Source of the DNA: Owenia fusiformis | Lineage: Eukaryota | NCBI GenBank assembly: GCA_903813345.2 | Contig: CAIIXF020000001.1 | Span: 5,828,001 to 5,892,000, forward strand | Direction: 5' to 3' | Length of the DNA: 64,000 bases | Shown here: one piece after another, positions 33,521-47,999 of the stretch | Numbering within the stretch: position 1 is the stretch's first letter | Layout: each line of letters starts with the position of its first letter | Made by a program: the position numbers and the translations under genes | The notes under the pieces: model-generated | What the model saw: only the letters and a program-made list of their open reading frames with translations | Databases searched by the model: none | What the model was told of the DNA's origin: nothing

Positions 33521-35660
33521 TTCCAAACGAATGCGTGGTGCGTTTATCATGCCCAAATAAAAACGATATAGCCTATATGATAACATATTCAAGGTTATAG
33601 TGCAGGTATTAAAGTAAAAACAAAAGAAAACGTCGAAATAGAAATCTAGCTTCATTTTGAAAATCTCTGAAATTCAGAAATGAATAAAAGACGAAAATAG
33701 ACCCTTGCTAAATTTCCGATTATTTCAGAAGGACTTAAAGCTGAACGATGAGGAATTACGTTACTGAGTATATGTCAGGTATGTATGCCCGAATCAATGG
33801 TCAGATGTGGGGCCGCCAAAAAGAATATATTGTACTTGATTTTCAGAGTTTTTAGTTGCCTTTCTATGCAAAAGCGATATTCTTTGAGATATGACTTGAA
33901 TATGAAAGTCCTGTCAATGGACAATAATTAATTTTGGTGTAAATAAAGGAAGGCGTTTTATAAAATGGTGACGGATTACCCCCCACAGAGGAGAGCGCGT
34001 GTCATTAGAACACTTATTAAGATTTGTTGCATGACCTCGGGATTGCAAAATGAAAAAAGCTTTTAAGATTACCAAATGCTCATAAATCTAAGATACCAAG
34101 CTTACAATTATTGTTTTGAAAAGTTCTTTGCTTCCTTCTATGTTAATTGCAGTGGTAAGTTTGAATACATGCAATAAATGACACTTATGGATCGTAGTTT
34201 TATTCAGTATTTACTGATGAAGTCGATTTTTGTCCGAGGGGGTACTTTAATGTTACTTATAGAATATACGTGTATGCAACCAATGAGCTGGGCTAATGAG
34301 GAAACATGATATACAGAGAAAAACACTGTCCGATTTAACCTTTATCGATCACATCAAAGGAATTGTGTCCATCAGTCATTGGCGTAGCTAGGATCGCAAT
34401 TGTGAGTCGACGCGTGAAGAGGCGAGGTAATAGTAGAGTTTCTACATAATAGATGTCACCATTGTCGTTCTTCGATTTGCTTGGACCAGATGGTCACTTG
34501 ATTTAATGATTTATGAAAAAGTGTTGGTTGAATCTGTCTGAAACTCAAATGGCTTGCGATGAGATGACCCTGTCAATGTACCTAATGTGATTATTCATGA
34601 AATTTCTTGTTGTCAAACGCATAAACCAAGGTTTTAAAGAATTTTTGCATTGCATCAATGGGGGATTTTTTAAAACGCCATGGAAAATGATTTAAATGAC
34701 GTAACTGTACAAATCAAAGTTATTATTGTGTTAAACCGTTCACTGAATTCAAATATGCTATTAAAAGGAAGAAAAGTTAGTTGTTAGAGGTTAAAAGTGC
34801 AAATCTCTTGGCAAATTTCAAACCTATATGGAAACTCCTCTTCTTCCTTTCTTGTGAACAGGCGACGCACTTGTGAAAAGGTGACACAATTGTGAAAAGG
34901 CGAGGCAATTGTGAATAGTTGAGGCGAAATCCTAAAAATCGTCAGAAGAAATATATTTTTGTAAAATTTTGGATAAATGTTCAAATTGTTCATCGGGTTA
35001 TACTCACGGTATAATCGGAATACTAACATGGTCTCATCGGGTCCTATAGACTCACACTCATGGTTTAATCGGGTCTTTCATTTTCAACTTAGTCTTTCAC
35101 CGGTGATTTCAATGATATCCAACGTATGGCAGTGAAACAAATGTAATATATTTGCACATATTGTATCTTTGAATCTACTGGAGTAAAGACAGCTATGGTT
35201 CTTACTTATTTAAACTGTAAAGCATCATTCGAATATTTAGAAGTTGAATTTAGCGATTGGATAGTAAACGCTGCATTAACTAAAACAATAACTATATCGG
35301 TTAGACAAAATTCTGTGTTTTATCTATTTCTCATATTGAGAAATTCGAGATATAAACAGGAGTTTATTAACGTACCTCTTACATTTTCAGACATCTTCGG
35401 GTCTTTGCTCGGTGGTAGGTTGTTAAAGCTGGGTCGGGTTTCCCTGCGTGACTCACAACATATTGAAGCATCTTCTGCCATCTTCAGTTCTAACGTTGAT
35501 TATGGTGCCATCTTTCTGAAGTAATTTTTCAGTAATATTCCAACTCAAATGGATATGTACACTCCCCTCCATAAGTTTGACAACCTTAGCTCCCTCATTG
35601 AACTACATGTACGTGTTAAAGTCCCTTCATATTTGAATTTTTATTTACTTAACCTGCGAT

Positions 35661-36482
35661 GAAAATACTTTTAATATTGATGGAAACGTAATTTGAATTA
35701 ATTTGTAATACCTCCTGAAATTTTCCCAATAGGTCGAAAATTGATGATAAATTTGATGAATTTTTGAAAATCGACATTTCCATGTTAACCAATGGGAAAT
35801 GGTAGGTTTGCCGCATGTCATATGACAGAATATCCATCCATATGAGTCCTTGCAAAAAATATAAGTTAGGTAGGCAATTGAATTTGCTAACTTTATTTAA
35901 CAAAAAATTAATACGTTTCTTCGGGTTCGATTCAACAAAGTTATAGGGTTTAAAGTCAATACAATACAAATTTTCAATATAGACAAAACTGGAAGTATAC
36001 ATGCTTATTTTGAAAAAGAGAAACTGTACAGAAATTAAACAATGTAATTAGGCCTATGTATAATGTATATTTGTATATATGTTTTATTCTTGAAATATAG
36101 TTTTTACAAAAAAGGGTTTAAAGTCAAAATTATTTTTCAAAATAACTCCCATTGAAATAACACAGGAAAATTATTTTCAATAATGACTTTGAAGCTCTGT
36201 AACTTTAGTATTCATGAAGTAAACTAAATACTTAGTGTACAAAAAAGTTAGACAATTCAATTTTCTATATGAAAATATTTTTTGTTGAATCTTTTACTGA
36301 ATAGATATCCTGATTTCTAATTTGCCCCGAACCCACCATTTCCCATTGGTTTACATGGGAATGACGATTTTCAGAAATTCATCAAATTTATCATCAATTT
36401 TCGACCTATTGTAATTGAAGAAAATTTTGAGGCGTTGGAAATAAAGTTGAAGTTACGTTTTCATCAATATTACAAGTATTAC
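35661..36482. repeat. Long (~150 bp) inverted-repeat pair, foldback/MITE-like
   Basis: CAATAGGTCGAAAATTGATGATAAATTTGATGAATTT (~35727) vs AAATTCATCAAATTTATCATCAATTTTCGACCTATTG (~36375). Confidence 0.75.
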
Positions 36483-37420
36483 AATCATGATACTTGGTGA
36501 ATCAATGTAACTTTGGATAAGCTTTAAAATGATATATGACACTTACTATGACGACACTGGTATATGTCTGCCTAGGGGGGGGGGGGCATACTTTCGGGAC
36601 ACCCTGTACATATGAGGTAGAACAGAAATAATACTAACGATAGTGAAATAATACTAAGGGCCCTCATCGTATCATCAGTGACCGCCATTTAAGCCCCGCT
36701 GCAGCGTTTGAAACGTTCTGGGGTGAATGCATTTATAATTTGGTATTACATCGTGATCATACCCTGTTTGAATTTGTTTCATCATTGCCAAAATTTAGTT
36801 AGTATCATCCTCAGCAAAGCTGTTTTCTTTTAATTTATTTTAATTTCTCCGATTTCTCAGATCTTTGAGCATTTCTTTGCAGTTGTTATTTAGTTTATTA
36901 GTTTAATTATATATCATAATTGGTGTATTCCAAATAACCTGGGTGAAAAATTGATCTCTGAAATTAACCCGGTTAATATGAAATCCGGAGTTCATGACAA
37001 ATTACAATCGAGACTGTATTATAAGCCATCATTGATCAAGCAGACCCATTGGTCCCAAGAGCGTAGTTAGCAGTGTGAAATCACAGTATCTAATAACCAT
37101 TTCATATCTCATCAAATTCGCTATTGGCAGCACGTCAATAGTCCTGTCATCAAGGGTACCATCACTCTAGCCGTAGACATGCACTTAAAGCCTCTCATTT
37201 AGTCTAAAGTAATGCCTATTTACTCCAAACTCATCCAGAACTGTAATTAGCTTAATATGTGAATCATAAGACTTCATGTTGAGTCAAAGATCTTAATACA
37301 ACCTCGTATAATTGGTAAAATTCTACTATTTTTTGGCATGTGGAGGGGGGCTATAATACCTATTATATTTAGCTAAAATGGTTACCACCAAATTGGCACC
37401 ATGAATCAGATTTGAATGTA

Positions 37421-38041
37421 CAGGGTGGGCCAAAAAAACGCCACTTTTTTTTCAAGACACTATAACTTTTTTTTATTTTTCAACCTACATACCCCAAACT
37501 TTGCAGTTATATAGTGCCAGGGGTTCTTAGTAATAATATAATGTAACAAGTCCTTCAACTTGGATAATATTTGATATAAAAGAGGAGTTCAATTGGTCCG
37601 CCACCCTACTTGATGATAGATTTTAGTTTTAGTCACCTTGCTAATATAATAGTATCAATGGAAAGTAAGCTAGAAAAATTCCAGCATGTCTCAATTGCCA
37701 GCTTTAGTTGAGCAATTTTTTAGATTGGGTGCCTTCATACAATCTTCTGGTGACCTTTCCATACCCTATACTCACTTGGGTTTGCCTCAGGGCTATTAGC
37801 TTGGCGGTCATCAGGCCATATCAGTTCAGGAACATTTTGCAAATTATGCTTATTTTTCACGCACACCACATGTTTAAGTGAGACGCTGGTGACATATTTT
37901 ATTCAAGTAAAAGTGTATAATTCATGATCCATGGCTAGATAACAACTTCAAGTTTCATTTGGTATGTAAATTATGATTTTGTACCAAAGATAAAAAAAGT
38001 TATGCATTTTGAAAAAAAGTGGCGTTTTTTGGCCCACCCTG
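37421..38041. mobile_element. Tc1/mariner-type non-autonomous element, TA TSD
   Basis: TA-CAGGGTGGGCCAAAAAAACGCCACTTTTTTT...AAAAAAAGTGGCGTTTTTTGGCCCACCCTG-TA. Confidence 0.85.
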
Positions 38042-38529
38042 TATAATTGAGTGATTCACTCGATTACGGTGGTTTCGGTAACAAAATGTCGGAACATCGA
38101 ATGTACGATTTTTCTTTTTTTCTTATTTCACGCGTGTAAGTATCATATTTTTAAGAAATGTATATGTTTGCGAACAAATAGTCCAGAAGACAAAAGTCAC
38201 CTTTGTTACATAAACGGAACTTCAAAAAGCGGTTAAGATCTGCACTTCAGTTCTAACTCGTTTCGTTTATGTATCAATAGTGAGGAATAATTTATTGTAT
38301 GCATTCTGATAGTAAGTACCTATATACATTCAAAACATATGTGCTGTAACTGTATAAAGGCACCCTTGTTACTGCAAAAGAGTTTTTCATTCAAATCCAT
38401 TCAGCATTAATATGCATACATGCATACATCTCCATTACATGTAGTAAGTATTTCATAGCATACTTTGTAACACTTTTTAACACTATATTAAACATCATTT
38501 TCCGAATCATTTACTTGTTTACATGCTTT

Positions 38530-39288
38530 TATCACACCATCGGTGGGATATAGTCGTCATACTGGTCGTGGTCGTGGTCGTGATCGTGATCGTCCCGCTT
38601 TTTGTCATCGCCGTTTAAGGAAAACTGCTCATCAGATTTTCTCCAAATTCGCAGAAATGATAGAGCATATGAAGTACTAGAGCTGATTTACTTTTGGGTG
38701 GCCATCTTGTTTTCTGGCGGCCATTTTGACGGTTTTTCGAAAAATCTTGTCATCGCCAATTTAGGAAAACCGCTCATTGGATTTCCTTCAAATTTACACA
38801 AATGATAGAGGATATCAAGTACTAGAGCTGATTAACTTTTGGGCGGCCATCTTGTTTTCTGGCAGCCATTTTGAAAATTTTTCGAAAAATCTTGTCATCG
38901 CCATTTCAGAAAATCCGCTCATCGGATTTCCTTCAAATTTACACACATGATAAAGGATATCAAGTACTAGAGCTGATTAACTTTTGGACGGCCATCTTGT
39001 TTTCTGGTTGCCATTTTGAAGGTTTTTCGAAAAATCTTGGCATCGCCATTTCAGGAAAACCGCTCATCGAATTTCCTTCAAATTTACACAAATGATAGAG
39101 GATATCAAGTACTAGAGCTGATTAACTTTTGGGCGGCCATCTTGTTTTCTGGTGGCCATTTTGAAGGTTTTTTGGAAAATCTTGTTTCTTGTTCTTGAAA
39201 TTTGTAAACAAAATAGGAGAACAGTTTTCCTGGTTCATAGTGCCTGCCTATTTGATGGTGTGATCTCGTTCACGTTCTGTGCCTTGTT
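38530..39288. mobile_element. Helentron/HINE-like element with 4 x 145-bp cores
   Basis: Sub-terminal IR ATCACACCATC/GATGGTGTGAT, (GGTCGT)n microsatellite, core ends at 38746, 38891, 39036, 39181; a degenerate inverted relative lies at ~55395-55630. Confidence 0.8.
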
Positions 39289-40566
39289 CTAATTTAATAG
39301 AGCAGTTTTCATGTTATTGGCTGATATTTTATTATAATTGCAGAAAAATAATCATTTATATGGATTTACAATTGGTCCATAATATTTGGAGTCCCAACTT
39401 TTTTGGATTCATTTTTCTATTGATTTATAAGCATATCATTCGTATTTTGTTTTCAACCGAAACTTTAGATAGACGAATATTGTAGAATTTCTAATAAAAT
39501 AGACCTTTCCTTTTTACATAAGTTCTCTCTGATCTGACCCTGGCATATGCAGGTTAATTGTCCATAAAGTCTCTACTGTACAATGACCATACAACGTCTG
39601 TGTAAGGTGTACAGAGACTTTATGTACATCCTGTATATCAAATCAATGGATAACACATTTGCGAAGGCTTTTTCATCTGTCAATACGTAATCAATTATTC
39701 TTACAAAATTTCGAAACTTATGTCTCGAAGTAAAATCATTCTCCTCTGAGTGATGATTTTTATACGTGAATTTGTTCCATTAGTTCACAAAAGTATGCAA
39801 ATAACAAGAATCAAGATTGCAAGCAGTCTGACAGAGGCCCCGGAATTAAAGCCTTTTTAGTTCGTAAATAAGCCAGAAACCAGGCAAGCAGGTTAAAATA
39901 AGTCATCCCTCTCATTTTTCAATTCTCAATATTTTTTTTATGAAACTTTCAAATGATAAACTTCAATGCATTCCTTACATACAAAATATAGTTTATTATA
40001 GTTTCAGCTTTTCAAAAATGACCATATTCTTCTTAGATACCAATTTTGCGGCCTTGGTCTGAAAATGATAAATCATCTCAATTTTATTTTTGGAATAAGT
40101 CTTGTCTTTATTCCCATTAAATCATGTTTCCCCATATGACTTTTCTCAACATGACATTAATAGTTCATTTAATGTTACATATGTTTAACAGAGTGTCTAT
40201 GCATTGACCTGATTAAAAGTGAAAATTGAATTTAGACTCACTCATTAGGTCTATGTGTACTTTGGATAGTTGTGGGATGATCATTCGCCATTCTGCTGGG
40301 TATAGGATAAAAAATAAAAATAAAATTGAAAAATAAGTGAAAATAAGCGAAAATAGAATTTAAAGAATAAAAAGAAACTGACTTAGGCACAGCTAGGGTC
40401 GGGAGCTACGGATGTTTTTATTGCAGAAATATGACAATTTTACCATCCCACATGATAATCCACTTAGTCTAACATCAATTTCTGATACGAAAGTTGCCAT
40501 TTTTGAGTTTACACCCCCCACTTGACAAATTATTCTTGGGGGTTGTATGATACATGGCTGCCGATA

Positions 40567-41137
40567 ACCCTACTATCACACCAATCTAGCTCTCACTACG
40601 TTCTCGAAAACAGGCTTAAACTGTGCACGAACGGATTTGATGTACTAAGAACCCACTAAGAACCGTTTGGGACCTGTTTACAAACCTCATGAAACTACTA
40701 GAACGAGTAGGTCCTCCAGAACTTAGAGCATGCTCAAAATTTTCTGGTGATCGTCAAAACGTTGCCGAATCGGTTTTAAACTGTGTGCGAACTGAATGAA
40801 CGTAGCTACAACGTTCTACGGTCTGTTTAAGAACTTCATGGACTTTCCCGGACGGGGAATGTGATTTAGAATTTTGAATCGATTCAAAATTCGATGGCGA
40901 CCATACCGTTCTGTAATCAGGTCATGATGACCTTCTAGACAAAGGGACGCGTTATACGACGTTGTTCACCGACGTGGTGCGACCTGAACGAACTGCGAAT
41001 GAGATTGACGTATTGAAGACTGTTTTTGAACGAAGTAGCTAATTATTTTAGACATATTTCCCGACCACAGCCAGATTGAGCCCGTTTTACGACATTTTCG
41101 TAGGACTTGCAAGAACGAATTGGTGTGATAGGGGGGT
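40567..41137. mobile_element. MITE flanked by TA
   Basis: TA-ACCCTACTATCACACCAAT...ATTGGTGTGATAGGGGGGT-TA. Confidence 0.7.
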
Positions 41138-42484
41138 TACGTATCAGTTGAATGATTTAAGGGTCTAGAAAATAATTTGATTACGTTAGCATCAAATGAG
41201 AACTCAAAATGTAGCAAAACAATACAATGTAGGGAGGGGGGGGGTCGTCAGTCGTAGTTACCAGTTTCACCACCAGGTGGCTAATTTGGGGTAGATATCA
41301 TATCATCTTTATGTATATGATAGTGTTATGCAGAGTAAAGTACGTAAGTCCAGTCAAAGAAAATAATATCTATCCAATAGAAAATATATTTCACTTTTTG
41401 TGATTTTACAACATGGGGTCTATGGGGAATCTCCCGACCTGGAAGTCATATTTTCAAAGAAAATTGAATATTGAAAGTTGATAAACACTTTTCAAAACCA
41501 CATGTAGATTTCAAATATGATATCACTTTGATTTGATTTTTAATGGTACGGTAAGAAATTATTCATGGTGAAATATATCTAAAATCATTCTCCGTGACTT
41601 GCCTGGTCCTTTTCATAATTTCCATATTAGATCATACATTTTAATACTTTCAGATACTACACGTTAGTATAATAAAATTAGAAGGAAAACATTGGCACGG
41701 TTTTCAAAGATTGGTTTCAACATTTTACACTTTTATTCCTTGTTATTCTTTGCCACTCTAAGGTGTTGGTTGCATTTTGGCGGCACAAAGGCAGTGTTAA
41801 ACTGTTTTAATATATCGTTGTCTTTACCAAAGATTAATGTCACTATGGAGACAGTAAAATAAAAGTTCTCACTTCTCAGTTGTATCTAGATTGGATAAAG
41901 AGGTCGTAGGGGAAATCAAAGGTGGAATTCAATACTAAATAGATTACAAGAAACATATAGTATTATAAGACATTTCTGACTCCACCCATCAATAACGCAG
42001 GGCTTCTTGGGAGCGAACCACTGATGGAGGGGGGGGGGGGGGGGGGGAGGGGTGACCCCTCTCTTCAAAGTTTAGCTATTCTCTTTGGAAACGAATTTAT
42101 TTCAAAATGAGTTCTCTTAGGGGCCTGTCTTACCCCACCGTCCTCTACTGCTCAAAAACACGCGCGCTCCATCCTTACACTCATCACATCTTTCTGTCTT
42201 CAACCAAAATGAACTAATATGGGCTGATCAGTAGAACTGATTAGTTCATACCAAGAAGCAATACCCAAAACAATTCTGATCAATCTATGAAACAGTGTGG
42301 CTTAAAACATACTAGTATAGATAAGTTTTTACAGACAAGACCAAAATGGGCATACAAAACATTTACCCAGAGAATGGCCAAAAACTAATCAGTTCGAGAT
42401 TGATTTGTATAACAAGAGACATCCCTATTTTCTTATTATATGAATCTATCAAACAGTCTGGCTCGAAGGATGAGTACAGTCACA

Positions 42485-42756
42485 ATGATGTCACTTAGGT
42501 TGCAAAACATTTCTAATGTGCTAAAACATTAAAGTGTCACATTAGGTATGATAATTTATTATTGAAATAGTGTGTCCTTTTTTCAATCTTTGCATTGGTG
42601 CTAAATGATAATCTGTTCTGCTGTTTAGTGGAATATTTGATGATAAAAAATTGCAACTTTGAATTTTTAGAAACGAAAAGCTGACAATTTTTTTTCAAAA
42701 AGTCATAAAAAATAAATGAATGATGAATACATATTTTCAAACTTTACACGAGGCCT
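42485..42756. mobile_element. Truncated copy of the Kolobok-like MITE at 16354-17156
   Basis: Shared TTATTATTGAAATAGTGTGTCCTTT.TTCAATCTTTGCATTGGTG and right end AAACTTTACACGAGGCCT-TTAA. Confidence 0.75.
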
Positions 42757-42914
42757 TTAAATATCATATATCTTTGTCAGAAAAACACCGCGAAATTCAA
42801 CATTCACATGTATATGTACAAGCGTTTCGACTTTGGAATTTTCTTGAAATCCTATGGATACGAAATATGTGTGGGGATAACGAGACAAGAAAATTATTCG
42901 ACTGATATATAGGG

Positions 42915-43759
42915 GTTATGCACTGGGAGGTTTTGGTTACAGGGAATATCCCGAGGGATATACAATATATCTTCCCGATGGACCGAAGGGACCGAGGGAA
43001 GATGTATTGTATATCCCAAATGATATTCCATGTATCCAAACCGACCGTGCATAACTGGTGTATCTCATACTTGAGTGGGTTTAGGGTAGATATAACCTTT
43101 TCGACCTTTTTCAAATGAAAAGATATTTATATTTAACATTTTCGTAATATTCTTTTTGTTCAATACAATATAATTGTAACATTTAAACTTAAAAAAATTA
43201 AATTTTAAAATTAGAAAATTAAAACTTTTGATATTTAAACTTTTTTAAACTTTTGAAAAATTCCCGGGAGCGGGATGGATATATTATATCTGCCCGCATT
43301 TGGCCTGGAGCGGGACATATACAATGTATCCTGCCCGATCCTCAGACATGATATATATTCCCGAGTGATATCTACCCCAAACCCACTTAAGTATGAGATA
43401 CGACGTGTTATCCCACCCTAAGTGCTTTATATGATTGTATAATAGCATTGTATAACTGCAATATAAAACCAACACTCATCGTATACAACTCTTTAGAACG
43501 ATATACAACTCCTGGATAGCGTATACAACTCCTCGGCAGCGTATACAACTCTTCGACTTGATATACAACTGCTGAATTTAGATTAACCTTTTATTGATTA
43601 AATATTAGGGTGGGATAATAAGATCATATAATGGTTGATTCTGTATATCGTTATACTCTCGTGAGTATATAATATAGTCACTCGTTCCCTTCAGTCACTC
43701 GTGAATATATCATATACTCACTTGAGCATAAACACGATATACGGAATCAACCATTATAT
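42915..43759. repeat. Cluster of long palindromes/hairpins plus a 20-bp tandem repeat
   Basis: Hairpins at 42915-43055 and 43626-43759, an inverted pair ~43060-43092/43368-43401 enclosing a further hairpin, and (G/A)TATACAACT x5 at ~43480-43570. Confidence 0.8.
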
Positions 43760-46467
43760 AACCTCATAATATCCAATCGTATCCGACGGATACTATTTTT
43801 TCATTAATTTTGGATTTAGCGCCGAAAATTGTTTGACAATAGCAGCCTTGCCTAATTGAACTTCCAGAATATAGTTCCAAACATTGTGTGCTCATTGAAA
43901 TGATTTAAATGTAATCACCTTATTCGGTTTAGGACCCGAACACAATGAAAAAAACTAGAATTGAATTGATTTCTAAATCAAGGTGAAAAACTAAATGTGG
44001 TGGCCTTTTTTTCAAAGGATTTGGATAATTAAAAGTATCTGCAATCATAGGATAAATAAGATATCCTATGATTTTCTCGGGTTATTATTTTTATCCACCC
44101 ATGGATATCGCCCACTCTGTTAAAACAATATCTTTCAAACGTCACGTGGTGCCTTTAAGTAAGTTTCCTACAGTGAACCAGCATTCAATGAAATGAATAG
44201 ATAAAGGATATTACCATTTTTAAAAAATTCATCGAATATCACAACTGGTAAAATAAGTACAATGACTTATGATAGATATTCATGATAATCTTTTGTGGAG
44301 CCATATAAATTATAATGTGTACATGTGCATTTATAAACGTTGACTTTCATCGCTATACAGATAAATGGATGAACTTCACTGTTCAAATCATGAATCAATC
44401 GTGGTAACAGACTCGAATCATGTTTCACCAAATCAATCTGAGAACTAATTAGTATTAATAACTTATACGGACCGTGAATAACATGTAAAATTGGTGATGT
44501 ATACATGTGGAACACTTTACTCATGGTCCAATAAAATATGCATGGTTGTCATTGATTATGTTTGGTTAAATGTGCCTCTTTAAAGAACAATTTTCCTCGG
44601 TTGATTGTCTATGGTTGTGCCTCAATAATAAGATTGTTCTTGATTGTATCTAAACAAGAAATGTGGACCCAAATTATGCTCGACTCGCAAGTTGTCTTTT
44701 GCTGATTTTGACTCAATATAGAATGATTGTCCTTGTTTATGTTTGATTGTGCCTGATTAAAAAGAAGATGCTTTGAGTGTGCTCGGCTGGATGTGCCTTA
44801 TTAAAGAATCACATTCCATGATTGTGCTTGACTGATCGTGCTTCAAAAATAGCTGTCGTTGCTGATTGTTTTAGACTCGTACCTAAATGAGCATAACGAG
44901 ATAAAAGTTACTGATATCCACCCGATTTTTTCTGACCAAAACTCCGGAACCTACCCAGCAGAGCATGTTACGGTCATCTTGGGCTACATACATGGGCTAC
45001 ATATATGGGCTAAATTTACATGCACCCGTTGTCCAGGTGCATGAGTTGTATATGTAAACTTTTTAATTATCTATAGTTTTCTTACCTTGCAATTATAAGC
45101 TCATTAGGTTCCCAGCACATCTGGGTAATATATATCATTATTAGGCCTATACAGTATATTGACAGCCATCCATCCATTTTTTCTAGAATGTGGGGTTCAC
45201 CAAAGAAATGTTCTGATTTTGAACAAATATTCTCTGGTTAACCCAACTTTATTGAAAAACTAGAGTTTTGGGTGTCAATTTGTAACCATTTAATGTTTCC
45301 ACTATGAATTGGGAGCTCAGTGAGTGTATTGTCTGATGGGGAAGTGCTAAAACTGTTGGCAGGCAATCACAGACAACAAAATAAAACTACACCTACCTAA
45401 TCTTTTTGAATAAGATGGAGATTATCTGAACTGTGTACGCGACGAAAATAATCTACGCGTTTCCAGACCCCATCGTATGCAACTGTAGTATTCTAACATC
45501 CTCTTCAGCCCAGTCATTGCATAGCTCTGCGGTATCCTTCAGATGGCCGCCATTTTGGATGAGAATAACTGCCGTTTGCTTTACCTTAATGTGTATCAGT
45601 ATAGGAATGGTCAGCTGAGATCAAGTATAGATTTGTCAACCTTATATATATATTTGCATAGTGTTTGGGCAGTTAATGACGTTATATGATCCCAAGAGAG
45701 TCAGTGCTAAGGGACATCAAAATCAATACGTTCTCCAATAGAGAGAGAGATAAATGTTTCCCTTGCCTCCCAATGAATAGACCGCGCCGGACGAAGTATT
45801 CATGTTTATCAAGGTGAAAGAAGAAACGACTTACACATAAGTTGCATCAGACATAATATTTTGACTCATTTTGTATCATTTTCGTAATTTCGTGCGATGA
45901 TCCATGATGAGCAATGTCAAACGCCGTCGTAGAAAGTTGCATTAATTGTTAAAGTAAAGAGAGGAAACCTGGGTTAGTGATTGTGTCCCATTATATATCA
46001 ATCCATCAGACAGGGGGATCTAGAGAGATTTCACAAGTACTTCGAAGAAAAATTACTTCCTTAAAATATGTTTCAATGATAAAGTAAATATGTCCTCGTC
46101 ATTAAATTAAGTAAGACAAAATTGCTGTTTTGTATTGGGTTTGCTTTCTTGTGTAAATATTGTTTGTTGTAACCAGTGATGTGGTGCATCCCTTTGGATG
46201 TATACCAGGCCATGTATCAATTACAGGAATTGCATTTATTGCAAACACTAGTCACACCATTTGAATACTTTTACCGATGTCTGTAACCTCCTTAGATTGA
46301 ATGAATACTAAAGAATTATTTTTTGTCTTTTCTATAGACAAAAAATAATTCTGTAGTATTGATTCAATTTTTCTGGAATCAAAGCACATCATTAACTTTC
46401 ACCCGCTCTGGCTCATTGCTACCTATATCTATGTTTCATTTATCCAACAACAGTGACTTTCACTTAA

Positions 46468-46935
46468 AGGCCCAATATACTCAATGAAACATGTTACTCA
46501 CACACTCGCTCAAATATGACACAAAGTTTTATTTGCTAAATAATATTTAACCAAGAAAGAAAGAAAGAACTCACATAAAAAGCATTCGAAGTTCAGAGAT
46601 AATTTATTGGTAGTGCATGCACTTGTTAAATAAAGTGCATGTTTTAAATTGGTCTTGATTTAAAAGATGTCGACACTTCTATAAAATGAATGTATCATGT
46701 AATACAAATAACTTCGCCATCTTTCAATGACATTGATAAAAACTTGATATATAAAGTTTGACAGCTCGAAATTATTTTTTGAATATTTATTGTAAGCTTT
46801 GATGTGGTCCGTTTGAGCTGTTTTTTTGGTGTCAAATGAAAGATTAGGTTTTTATAAATACATTGGACATACTTTGAAATTCAAATGTAAGTCTTTATTT
46901 TGCCCAAAAACGTTGAAAATAGGCAAAGTGGGCCT
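46468..46935. mobile_element. Kolobok-like MITE, TTAA TSD
   Basis: TTAA-AGGCCCA...TGGGCCT-TTAA. Confidence 0.55.
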
Positions 46936-47999
46936 TTAAATATGAGCATTTGAGCAAAGATGTTTGAACTTAACATGAGGATATGTATATTGACTGTGTA
47001 AAACATGGGAATATTATCATATTCTTAAGCTATCATACATATTAAGTTGGGTAAAGTTTTTTGGTGTCACCCTGTACAGTGTACCGACGATGTAGTGAGA
47101 CAAAACATTGCACCCTGTGGGAACCATCTTTTTGACATTTCCAAAGACATTGTTTCTTTTCACGTTAGATCATGGTCTTGGGATATATAGGGTCTACTTT
47201 TCTTATGACAGATTTACACGTACAGTTTGCTTTTCTTGTAGGGTTTCTTTAAAGTTTTTAGTCACCCTTCCCTTTGGCATTTGTGCTTATATATTCTCTT
47301 ATTAATCAAAATTCCTATCAAAATCAATTAATACCATACATAAAATGCAGTTAAGTGGTAAAACGTAAACAATTCTTAAAAGGCTTTAGAAGGCTACCTT
47401 ATGTTACCTCAGGCAAAATTCCCTGTTGGGGATCAAAACGAAATTCATTTTTAATTTAAGTGAAGTCAGTTCAAACGTTATATATTCATTTTTAGAAGAG
47501 TACCGGACAATGACACCGATTTTTTGGATTAGCCCATAGGCTATCAATGCACATAAAATAATACGGTATTGCTAATATGGCGGTAACCAAAATCCAATAC
47601 AATGCATTTACATTTACAATATACTTCAATGCTAAAGTAAATTGCGATTGCTTGAGTTGCCATTTTGAATTGGAAGTAGGTCAATGGCAATATGACATTA
47701 TGACAATCTTCACTTGATTGTCAAACTATCATAAGCACATACATAAATGTGTCTTAACTTAACATCAACTAGAGTATTGATTGTGCATATTTTTTACTTG
47801 AATCTTCAGCAAAACACGGCTACTCATCAAAAACAGAGCTTTGTTTTTCATGATTTGGATTTCTCGGGATGACGAAACTTAACAATATGGGTTATATAAC
47901 AATGCATTTGGAACATGCACTACAGAACTAACAGTAGTACTTTATAGGCAACCATATGCCGGTGCAAAGTATGGTCAAAAGATTGCCGATTTCGTATTT

